49,032 nucleotides of DNA. Source: Reclinomonas americana ATCC 50394 (Eukaryota). Below the pieces are notes generated by a model. The model had not been told where the DNA came from. It made no database searches and saw nothing but the letters and a program-made list of their open reading frames with translations. Below are positions 1 through 16,711 of this stretch, piece by piece. Within the stretch, counting starts at the first letter, position 1. The number at the start of each line of letters is the position of its first letter. The translations under genes were made by a program, and so were the position numbers. The stretch spans positions 23,635 to 72,666 of the forward strand of contig PS015190.1 of NCBI GenBank assembly GCA_048213135.1. The letters run 5' to 3'.

Positions 1-3000
1 AACAGACATTGGGAGGGGAACTGCAATCGTTTATATGTGTGTTCTGACCATGGTCGTGATGCCGCAGCCAACGAAACTGTGCTGTCACTGAAGGAGCGTG
101 TGTGCCGCGATGAGGGCATGTTGGCAAGCTCGGCCCCGTTCCTTGTCTTGTCGGCATTTGATGGAGCTGTGCTTCCGGGCAACGACACCAGCTCGCTGCT
201 GCAGGCCGGCCTGAAACCCAAATGGGTTCTGCGAGCGGTGAGTGTGTGGTTTGCGGCGATAAGTGTGAAAGGAAATGACGGCTCACTGAACTCGGTGCTG
301 ATTGCAGAACTGGTCGACGCGCAAGCTCCCAGTCAAGACGTGGATGCAGCGTGTGCACGAGATCGAAGTCTCTCGTGCGTCATTTTCTACGATTCCTCTC
401 TCTCTCAACCCCATCAATGCTGATTCTTGCGTCTCCGAACCTGTGCAGCCACCACCACGATCCAGGAGGTGTGCGAGATGGTGGCGGCAGCCGAGAGTGT
501 GCAGGAGGCGTCGGTGCAGTATGTGCGTGTGGCGCATGGCGACCGCAAGCTGGGCGAGAACCCGGATCTTACTCTTGGCGAGGCCGACCTGCTGGAGGTC
601 GCTCAGCTCGACGCAGTTGCGTAGCCACATTGAGTGTTTCTTGTTGATGTTGTCGCACATTTCAGCGCATTCATGCTTCCAATCTGCACAGACCCTGGAG
701 CAGCCAACACGCGCGAAATCGAAGCGCAGCGATCTGTTTGGCCAAAAGTCGCACGACGTTGGAGAGCGGCGTGGTGCCATGGCCGCCGCGCAGGCTGCAT
801 TCGTCAACTACTTTGACAACGACGATGACGACACTACCGATCAGATTGTGCCTCCGTCCATGCCCAAGTTTACACCTGGCAACCCATACCACTTCCGTGT
901 GCGCTCCAGGAAGCGCCGCTCAAAGGTTTCAGGCAACTCGGTACGTGTGTGCCTGCGCCATGCTTGTCTGCGTCCCCAGTTTCGTGTTGGTGACGTACAT
1001 TTTTCCCCTCTTCTTTTTTGCAGTATCCACTGGATCCGCAGTTCAAGGTCGTGCTGCTCGGTGAGTGTGTGTTCAAGTACACTCTACCCCGTGCCGTGGT
1101 GCTCACTCACACCTCGCGCCACAGAGACGGAGATGAGCGCGACATTTGTCGATTTCTGGGGCTTCGTCACGGTGCTGCAGCGCTTCTCCAACCAGAGCAG
1201 CTTGTCGGCAGCCTTCCAGTATGTGTTCCCGAAGCTGCGCCCGAGCATGACTCTCTGCACCTACTCGATGTTCCTCAACAATGTCGAGCACCAGGTGAGT
1301 GTCTCCTTCGTGTTGCTGCTTGCCTGCCTGCGCACCGCGTTGCTGCTCACCCTTTCGTCTCGCAGTGCACGGTGCAAAAGCGCCCGCAGCTGTTCGAGGA
1401 GTTCGACAATGAGGGCGAGAACAACGAACTCGCGGCACTCATCAGTGCCAGTGACGAGGAGGTGTTCCTGATGGACGTGGGCCGCATGGATCCCAACGAC
1501 GAGCTGATCATCAAGGTCACGTACGCCATTGAGGCGCAGTACGATGCCGCATCTCGGTCTCTGATGGCTGCGATTCCTCTGGGACCCCTGCCCGACTCTC
1601 ACCGGTTTGTTTGTGCACAAGACGAACCGCGCTCACATTTTGTCCACTCACACTCGCACAGTGGCACTCCTGGTCGCGAGTTGTTCGACCTGACGTGGAA
1701 CATGTCGCCAACCATTCTCGACGTCCAGTCACCGTCGCACACCCTGATGCTGAAACAGACGGAGCATTCGGTGCGTGTGTGTCGCTTCCCCGTATGGTGC
1801 GGAGCATGGACTGAACCCGCCGCCGTGTTTCCTTTTTTGTGTGTGCAGGCCACTGCCATCGCTGTAGCCGGCGATGCGCCGCAGGCGTACGCCGTCGTCA
1901 ACCTGTATGTGCGCGACATGCCGTTCCCGCTCTGCACTGTCTTCAAGCACCCGAGCATCCAAGCACGCGACGGCTCCTCGCACTGCCTGGGCATTGCGCT
2001 GGTGCCGCCGAGCGACATTGCTCCGTCCGACATCAACACCGAGGTGGTCTTCATTGTCGACTGCAGTTGCGTCGGCACGCTGATGGGTGTTGGCGATTCA
2101 TTCACGCACGCACTCACTCACTTGCCATCTGCACCACACGCAGGCGGCTCCATGGAGGGCTCGCGTATTGCTGCCGCCCGTATGGCTCTGATGCTGTTTA
2201 TTCAAAGTCTCGCCGAAGGCGTCTCTTTCACGATTGTCAAGTGCGTCGGCTGTCGGTGCACAGAGTCTCGTGTGTGTGGTGCTGACTATATTTGTGGCGG
2301 CTGGCAGGTTCGGATCAACGCACGAATTCCTGTGGCCGGAGACGCGACCCAACACCGAGATCACCAACGAAGAGGCGCGCCAGTTCTGCATGCAGCTCAA
2401 TGCTGACATGCAAGGCACGCACCTCGGCCCGGTGTTGGAGGAGATTCATCGCATGCCGGCTGTGGAGGGCAAGAGTCGCCAGGTGTTTGTGCTGACCGAC
2501 GGACGTGTGAAGCACAAGCCGGGCTGCCTCGAACTTGGTGCGTGTGTGTGTGTGTCTGTCTATCAGTGTGTGCTCGAGCGCCTCCTCTCCGTGCTGCCGG
2601 TGGACTCACTTTACCACACTCGCACGCAGTTCGAGCCATGTCCACAACCACTCGTGTGTTTGCTGTGGGAATCGGAGACGAGGTCGACACGCACTTGGTG
2701 GTGGAGATGGCGCGTCTCGGCAATGGCCAGCACGCCTTTGTGGAAATCGACGAGGATGTGGATGTGTTGTCGGAGGTCGTCGTGCAGCAACTCACGGGTG
2801 CGTCACTGGGTTTGGTGTCACTGCCAAGATTGTTTGCCTCACTCACTCACACACACACAGCTGCCCATGTGCCTTGCCTCATTGGCACGCGACTGGAGTT
2901 CAACTCGCAGCGTGTGCAACCGCTGTACGAGTATGTACCACCATTGTTTGTCAACTCGCCCACGATCATGTACGCCCACGCACCGGCGCTGTCGGAGCCC

Positions 3001-3878
3001 TTGTCCTTGGTGTGCTCGTACACCACTGGCAGTTGCGTACTTGTATTTCTCACACATACTTCTTCTTCTGTCGTATCGGTGCTGACTGAATGCACACAGC
3101 TCTGGAGCGTAAGAGCAGTCGTACAGAGGTCAGCTTCCGCGATCCACCTGTTGCCGATTTTACGCACAAGTTGGCCGCCGCACAGCGGACTCGCGATCTC
3201 GAGTCGCGCGATGTGTTTCGTGACCGCTCATTTCCAGTTTCTTTTGTGTCTGTCCACTCATGCCTTTTCATGTTTCTGCGTGTGTGCAGGCCGCGAGAAA
3301 AGATTTTCAACTTGGCGTTCATGTTTGGCGTTCCCTCGCCGTACACGTGCCTCGTGGTGACCGACATGTCTCCGCAAGCTGGTTTGTGTCACGAGACGAA
3401 AAATCGCCCCAGTCACTCACCCTCATCAACTAACGCAAATTGTTGTCGCGCAGCTTCACCGCCTGCCACATACGCCGTGGTGCTCAAGTCGCTCATCGAG
3501 ACCGACAAGAAGCCACGTCGCAACATTATTGTGCGACCAAAGGACGGCTCACCGGTACGTCGGCATGCATCGCCAGCCTGAACAGGGAGAGCTTTCTAAT
3601 TTTGTTTGTGACAGAGTGGTTCACAATCGGCCCGGCGATCCATGTCTGCTATCGGTTCCACACCTCGCGTCGTTTCGTCAAGTGTTGCGCTGTGTTCATG
3701 TGTCTTCTCCGACTGGGTGTTGACGTCTTGCTTGCAGGTCCGTGGACGCGCCACGAGCGTGGCCGACTCGGCTGAAGGATCGCCGTCGGCGGCGGCGGAT
3801 GGCACCAGCCTCATCTCGCCGGCCGGCTCGCGCTCTTCGACGCCATTCAATGGCGTGGACGACGGTTCCGATTCGGCG
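1..3878 (+). CDS. Multi-exon protein with tandem ubiquitin-like domains + VIT + von Willebrand A domain (VWA5A/PARP4-like module); partial at both ends
   Basis: Spliced exons give the ubiquitin-like VKTWMQRVHEIEVSPTTTIQEVCEMVAAAESV (a first UBL, ETVLSLKERVCRDEG, precedes it), the VIT-like ATFVDFWGFVTVLQRFSN...FQYVFP, and the VWA MIDAS motifs EVVFIVDCSGSM, FTIVKFGS, GTHL, VFVLTDG, RVFAVGIG. About 16 GT-AG introns. Confidence 0.8.
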
Positions 3879-4064
3879 NNNNNNNNNNNNNNNNNNNNNN
3901 NNNNNNNNNNNNNNNNNNNNNNNNNNNNNNNNNNNNNNNNNNNNNNNNNNNNNNNNNNNNNNNNNNCAGTTCCTTTTCTTTAGCAATGCCCACTTTATGT
4001 ACTCTCATTGTCGTCATCGTCGTCGGTCGTGAGTTGTCCCACCGCACAAAAGACTTCTCTTTTC

Positions 4065-5096
4065 ATGCCACGGAGCGAGAGTCCACCCGCACATCGCCCC
4101 TCGCGACGCCGATCGCGTTCCCGGTCGCCCTCACCACGTCGTCGACGTGATGATGACGGCCACGGCCGCGGCCCTCCGCAACATCGCGACTACTCTCCCG
4201 ACCGCAAGCGGCCTCGTTTCGAGGACGATGGTCGGCGACCACCTCCACAACGAGACGACGATGATCGACGCGGTGGAGGCGACAGAGGCGACAGAGGAGG
4301 TAGGGGAGGAGGAGGACGAGGAGGCAGAGGCAGAGGCGGGGGCGGACGAGGAAGAGGCGGTCGTCGTCGCACCGAGGACGCTGATGATTCTGCATTCACC
4401 TGGGGCAATGCCGAGTTGCGCGCGCACTCTCACACGCACACTCTCTGTCTCTCACACTCTGTCTCATACACACGCACACGCATGCACACACACACGCAGG
4501 GTGCTGGCAGAGGAGGAGCGACAAAAAGAGGAAGACGAAGAGGCGCGAAAAAATCGAGAAAAGCCCAACTTTGAGCGGTCAGGCAAGCTGGTGGAGAACG
4601 ACGCGACACTGACAGTGGCGGGTGAGGTGCTCAAGTGGCACGAGCCTCCAGAAGCGCGCATTCCCGACACCAAGTGGCGTCTGTATGTCTTCAAGGGCGA
4701 AGATGAAGTCGGCGGTCTGTGCACGACGCGCGCTTTCTGCATGCGTGCGTGTGTGTGCTCATCATTGTGCGTGCAGAGCCGTACAAGCTGCACCGGATGC
4801 CAGCGGTGATGTTTGGCCGCGACCGCAAAATTGTCGACATTCCCACCGACCATCCCTCCTGCAGCAAGCAGCACGCCGTACTCTGCTTCCGCATGCACGA
4901 GGAGGTGTCGTTTGACGGCAAGGACGTGCAGCGCATCATCCGTCCGTACCTCATCGACCTGGAGAGCACCAATGGCACCTACATCAACGGCGACCGCCTG
5001 GAAGCGGCGCGGTATTATGAGCTCAAGAGCACCGATGCGCTCAAGTTTGGACACAGCACGCGCGAGTACGTCTTGCTGCGCGAGGACGAGGACTGA
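4065..5096 (+). CDS. SNIP1: SNIP1/Pml1/DAWDLE-like FHA-domain protein (RES splicing complex subunit)
   Basis: RS/RG-rich N-terminus, then EKPNFERSGKL, LKWHEPPEARIP, WRLYVFKG, GRDRKIVDIPTDHPSCSKQHAV, RPYLIDLESTNGT, LKFGHSTREYVLL. Introns at 4415-4499 and ~4715-4776. Confidence 0.93.
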
Positions 5097-5339
5097 GCGC
5101 GGCCGTCTGCGGAGAGCGTGAGGGGGTGGGGGTGGGGAAAGGCTACAATTTAAGGCATTTGACGTCGTCCTGCACATTGCAAATCGCACGCACTTCAATT
5201 GCAGCCATCGTCGGTGAGAGCAGCCGCACAAAGAAAACAGAGGTCTGTCAAAGCAACTCCACTCGTTGACGTGTTGATTTTTTCCAAATTGTCACACTCC
5301 TCGTCGTCGATTTTCTTCTTCTTCTTGTTTGCAGCAGCA

Positions 5340-8300
5340 ATGTCGCGTCTCAAAGCTCTGCTGCGCTCACTGGCCGCGCAAAAATCCGGGGCCTCCGAGG
5401 GCGCGCCTTCTCCGTCCACATTGAACATGCAAAACGCCACGCCCGCGGACTTGCGCCTCGACCGCGACGACTGGAACCGCCTCAGTGAGCTCCTTGGTGC
5501 GCGCTCTTCTCCTCTCCTTCCTCTGTGTAGATTTTGTTGTGGTGGTGGTTGTTGTGGNNNNNNNNNNNNNNNNNNNNNNNNNNNNNNNNNNNNNNNNNNN
5601 NNNNNNNNNNNNNNNNNNNNNNNNNNNNNNNNNNNNNNNNNNNNNNNNNNNNNNNNNNNNNNNNNNNNNNNNNNNNNNNNNNNNNNNNNNNNNNNNNNNN
5701 NNNNNNNNNNNNNNNNNNNNNNNNNNNNNNNNNNNNNNNNNNNNNNNNNNNNNNNNNNNNNNNNNNNNNNNNNNNNNNNNNNNNNNNNNNNNNNNNNNNN
5801 NNNNNNNNNNNNNNNNNNNNNNNNNNNNNNNNNNNNNNNNNNNNNNNNNNNNNNNNNNNNNNNNNNNNNNNNNNNNNNNNNNNNNNNNNNNNNNNNNNNN
5901 NNNNNNNNNNNNNNNNNNNNNNNNNNNNNNNNNNNNNNNNNNNNNNNNNNNNNNNNNNNNNNNNNNNNNNNNNNNNNNNNNNNNNNNNNNNNNNNNNNNN
6001 NNNNNNNNNNNNNNNNNNNNNNNNNNNNNNNNNNNNNNNNNNNNNNNNNNNNNNNNNNNNNNNNNNNNNNNNNNNNNNNNNNNNNNNNNNNNNNNNNNNN
6101 NNNNNNNNNNNNNTGGTGTTTTTTATTTGCTAATTTTGTGTGGCAGGTGGAACCTCGCGGCGTGTGCAAGAGGCGGTGGTGGAGAGTGGTGGAGGTGTGC
6201 TGGTGCGTGGGATGGTGCACTCGTTGCAGGCGCTGATGACCTCGGCGGGGGATCGAGCGGAGCGCGACGAGTTGCTGGTGCCGGCGTGTGAGACTGTGCG
6301 CAAACTAGGTGAGACTTGTGCGCTCTCTCTGTGTGTGTGCGTGTGCGTGTGTGTGTGTGAGAGAGAGCTCACGTGTGTCAGCGGTGGGATTTGCGCGGTC
6401 GCGGGAGGCGCTGCGCGAGGCGGGTATGTTGCAGGCGCTGGCACTGGTGTTGCGTAGCAAGGGCGAGGCTGAGATTTGCGCGTGTCTGGCGGCCATTGAG
6501 GCAATTGGTGTGTGACACACCCACACACACGCTCGCACACTCGCACACGCGCACTCTCCCTCTCATGTTGTTTTATTGTCAGCACACTCGAATCGCAAGG
6601 GTGCGGCGGATGTTCGTCAGCTGCGCCTGGTCAACGTGGCCGGCGATTATCTGGTGCACGCCAGTGCACTGGTGCGTGAGCGTGCCGCCGCACTTCTCCG
6701 CACGCAAGGTNNNNNNNNNNNNNNNNNNNNNNNNNNNNNNNNNNNNNNNNNNNNNNNNNNNNNNNNNNNNNNNNNNNNNNNNNNNNNNNNNNNNGCGAGC
6801 GCCTGTCTCGCTCTTCTCCGTGTCAAAGAAAGTGCGCGCGACTCACATTTTTGTATTCTCCTCAGCCATCGACACGGAGGGCCAAGAGGCACTTCTCACC
6901 ACACCCAATGTGGTCACGCGTCTTCTGGCGCAAGTCGACGACGAGCAGGTGTTGCAGCACCCCAAGCTCGTCGCCGAGTCCATCTCTGCGCTGGCGGCTG
7001 TGGGTACGTGCTGGCGGCTTGTTTGAGAGCGTTTTCTTAGGTTTTTCTGTTTTACATTTTTTCTTTTTTGTTTGTTGTTTGTTGTTGCAGATGCTCCACT
7101 GCGTCCGCGACTGCTGGAGATTGTGACGCCCATTGATGTGGCGGATCATGTGGTGCGTGTGGTGGCGCGCTTGTGGGAGGAGCCAAGTGAGGAGCTCGAT
7201 GCGTCGCTGGTCGTCATTCTCAGGGCCATGGAGCGCTTTGGTTCGCATTGCGTTTCCTGTGAAATTTTGCCTGCCGGTCACCCTGCTCAATATGTTATGT
7301 GCTATGTGCAGCTCAAGGCAGCGAGGTGATGCAGGGCGCGCTCACCGAAGCCGAGGCCCCTGGCCTCTTCTCCGAGATTCTCACGGCCGAGGTGAGCCGC
7401 GAGTCGGCCGCAGAAGTGGTGTCGGCCACGGCCGCCGCGCTGAAGAGTCTTTGTTGCGTTTTTTTTTTCGCGGACTTTCTTCTCCTGTTGTGCCTCACTG
7501 CGGTCTCGTCGCGTCAGTGCTGCACAACGCCGCCGTCAAGGAGGAGGCCGTCAACTCGCCAATCCTTGACGGTGCCTACCGCCTGCTGCAGAGCGAGGTG
7601 CCGGGGCTGCAAGAAGCCGGAGCCTCGATTCTGGCCGTGTTGTGTTGCGTACCCTCCCCTGCTTTCTCTGTGTTGTTGTGCGCCGTTCACCCAGCTCACT
7701 GCTGCGCGACGCAGTGCGTGATGCGCCCGACGACGTGAACGACGCGGTGGCCAGTCAGCGACGCCTCGTGCCCGAGTTGGTCAAGGTGTCGCGCTCCGGG
7801 CACACCACGGTCGCGCAGCGGGACGCCTCATTTGCGCTCAACTACCTCGCTGGTGCGCCTCCCCTGCATTTTGTTGTTCGCTGTTGCCATTTGTTGCTCA
7901 CCGCGTCGTCGCGTCGCGTGGCGACCATCACGCAGTGGCCGGACGCATCCACAACCCGATCACGGTGCAGGGCCTGCACGGCACTCTGCACAAGGCCATC
8001 ACCGGTGGCCGAGAGCGTCAGACTTGGCTCTGCATGGGTATGCGTGTGTGTCTTTGTTTTCGTCTCCCTTCCTCTCATCGGCATGCACACTGACTGGCTC
8101 TCGCAGGACCCAANNNNNNNNNNNNNNNNNNNNCCGCAGCAGCAATTGCGCCGATACCAGAAGAGGCGGCATTGGCGTTGGCAGTGAGCAGGAAACCCTC
8201 GGTGACGGATGTTGTCGTCGTCGCGGTGGTGGGAGTGGTGGTGGGCGTCGGCGTTGTCGCAGTTACCGGTGTTATCGGTGTCGTCGCAGTGGGGGTCTTG

Positions 8301-10519
8301 CCTGGTGAGGCGGGCGCATCGGCAGCGGATCCGTCGGCCTTGCGTCGACGCTTCTCGGCAGGCGCTCCCGCCGTCTTGCCGGTCGCCGCCGGTGCTGCGC
8401 GCTTGCGCGCCTTGTCGCTCTTGCTGTCCACCTCCATGCTAATCGTACCGGCCTCCGCACGCAGCGATCGGAGGCGTTTCACGGCCTTGTCGAACAGCTT
8501 GTACCGCACAATGGCCTCGGTTTCTAGGTCGGTTGCCGAGCAGCTGGCCAGCGCTGCGGCCGCCTCCTCCTCGGACAGTGCCAGCACCGCTCGAAAGTCG
8601 GCGACAACATCGNNNNNNNNNNNNNNNNNNNNNNNNNNNNNNNNNNNNNNNNNNNNNNNNNNNNNNNNNNNNNNNNNNNNNNNNNNNNNNNNNNNNNNNN
8701 NNNNNNNNNNNNNNNNNNNNNNNNNNNNNNNNNNNNNNNNNNNNNNNNNNNNNNNNNNNNNNNNNNNNNNNNNNNNNNNNNNNNNNNNNNNNNNNNNNNN
8801 NNNNNNNNNNNNNNNNNNNNNNNNNNNNNNNNNNNNNNNNNNNNNNNNNNNNNNNNNNNNNNNNNNNNNNNNNNNNNNNNNNNNNNNNNNNNNNNNNNNN
8901 NNNNNNNNNNNNNNNNNNNNNNNNNNNNNNNNNNNNNNNNNNNNNNNNNNNNNNNNNNNNNNNNNNNNNNNNNNNNNNNNNNNNNNNNNNNNNNNNNNNN
9001 NNNNNNNNNNNNNNNNNNNNNNNNNNNNNNNNNNNNNNNNNNNNNNNNNNNNNNNNNNNNNNNNNNNNNNNNNNNNNNNNNNNNNNNNNNNNNNNNNNNN
9101 NNNNNNNNNNNNNNNNNNNNNNNNNNNNNNNNNNNNNNNNNNNNNNNNNNNNNNNNNNNNNNNNNNNNNNNNNNNNNNNNNNNNNNNNNNNNNNNNNNNN
9201 NNNNNNNNNNNNNNNNNNNNNNNNNNNNNNNNNNNNNNNNNNNNNNNNNNNNNNNNNNNNNNNNNNNNNNNNNNNNNNNNNNNNNNNNNNNNNNNNNNNN
9301 NNNNNNNNNNNNNNNNNNNNNNNNNNNNNNNNNNNNNNNNNNNNNNNNNNCGGCGGCCGCCGTTGCTGCTGCCGCCGCTGAACAAGGAGTCACGCCGGCG
9401 ACTCCGCCGGTGGGCGGAACTTTGTCGAAAAATGTTGCACGACGACCGACAACCCCGCCCGGTAGCGACGGCCCTGGCACCGTGGCGCTACCGCTGTTGC
9501 TACCGCCGATTCCTGTGACTGCAGAGCGGGAGGTGCTGGCGCAGCCGCTGACCACGGTCGAGAACAAACCGGCGAAACGACCTGTCGGTCGACCGCGAAA
9601 AAATCCCATCAAGCCGCCAACGCCGCAGCCGCAGCAAGCACCACCACCGCCACCTCCACCGCCAGCGGCCGCACCAGCTGCCACGGCAACAGTAGCAGCA
9701 GGAGGAGGTGCGAGGGTGTTGTTGCTGGCTTGCCTGTGCTCATATTTTGTGCTCATTTGCTGTTGTGCGCAGAGACTGCAACTGCCGCGGGTGTACCGGC
9801 ACGACCTCGCCGCTTCAACAACAAGCAGCGTGCCAATCAACCGAGCATCACGGTGCCGACGAATGGCAGTGGTGGTGAGGTGCGCGTGACGATGCGTGTG
9901 CGACCGCCGGTCAATCGTGGTGCGTCGCCGGCATCGCTGTCACCCGATCCGGTGCAGCGTCGCAACTCGTCGTCGTCATCGTCGCTGTACTCGTCGTCGT
10001 CGTCGCATTCGCCGTCGCCGCCGCGCATGAGTCCACGTCATCCGGCGCTGCTCGCACTGGCCGACACCGTGGCACGCAACGCCGGCATGTTCCAGATGTT
10101 CCAGCCGCCCAGCATGGCACCGTCGTACGGTCTCAACCACATGGGCTCGTACGCTCCATCGATGCAGTCGGGATTGCGCCCACCGTCGTCCCTGCTGCTG
10201 CAATCCCCCGGCGCCGTCTCCGTTACCAACGAAACGGTGACCGACGCGGTCGTCCGGCAGCTGGCCGAGGAGTACGCATGGCCGCCACGCGTCTCGGAGC
10301 GTGTGCTGAGCGTGCTGCAGGACGAGGTACGGCATTCCCCTCGCTCACCTCTCCCTTTTCTCCTGCGCTGTGTTGCTGAAATGTGTGCGGAAAAAACAGG
10401 TTGGCGTGTACAACATGCGCGGCCTTCGTGCGCTGCTGGTCGGATCGCCGGAAGCCCTCAAGAGTACCAAGCTGCTGCCGGCGGAGCGGGCGGCACTTGA
10501 ACGCGCCGCCTCCACATGA
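5340..10519 (+). CDS. Armadillo-repeat-like protein with AT-hook and C-terminal SAM-like segment (includes inverted contig 8134-8612)
   Basis: ARM-like helical repeats (LREAGMLQALALVL..EICACLAAIEAI; LVPELVKVSRSG...AQRDASFALNYLA). The reverse complement of 8134-8612 joins in frame at both ends (GGA CCC AA|C GAT GTT and GCG G|CG GCG GCC). AT-hook KRPVGRPRK at ~9576-9602. The last exon, VGVYNMRGLRALLVGSPEALKSTKLLPAERAALE, is SAM-like. Confidence 0.6.
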
Positions 10520-10671
10520 TAGCACCATCCGAGCCACTTGTTCACACCATTTTTTTAGGAAGTACATGCTACCGTTCAAGACATCATCATCATCATCATT
10601 TCGTCCCTTTCCTTTACAACACACAGACAATCGATTCATGTAGGAAGAACAGAGATCAGCAACGCAGTCGC

Positions 10672-16523
<5,852 letters not shown>

Positions 16524-16711
16524 GGTTTGAGACGAAGCGCGCGAAAAATGTGAAGAGATAAAACGCTCGGACAATCCCGTGACTCATGCGCGATGGGACA
16601 AAGAAATTATCCTGCATCGTCGACGTTCCTTAATGCTGCTGTGTTGCCCTGCCCCACGTGTGGTTGAACAAAACAGCGGATTTCATTATGAGATATTACT
16701 ATGGGTTGTAC

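Noticed and set aside
421-633. In-frame TGA/TAG between collinear ORFs, suggesting stop-codon reassignment
   Set aside because: The stops lie inside GT-AG introns (376-458 and 616-691). TAA, TAG and TGA all terminate genes normally in this window.
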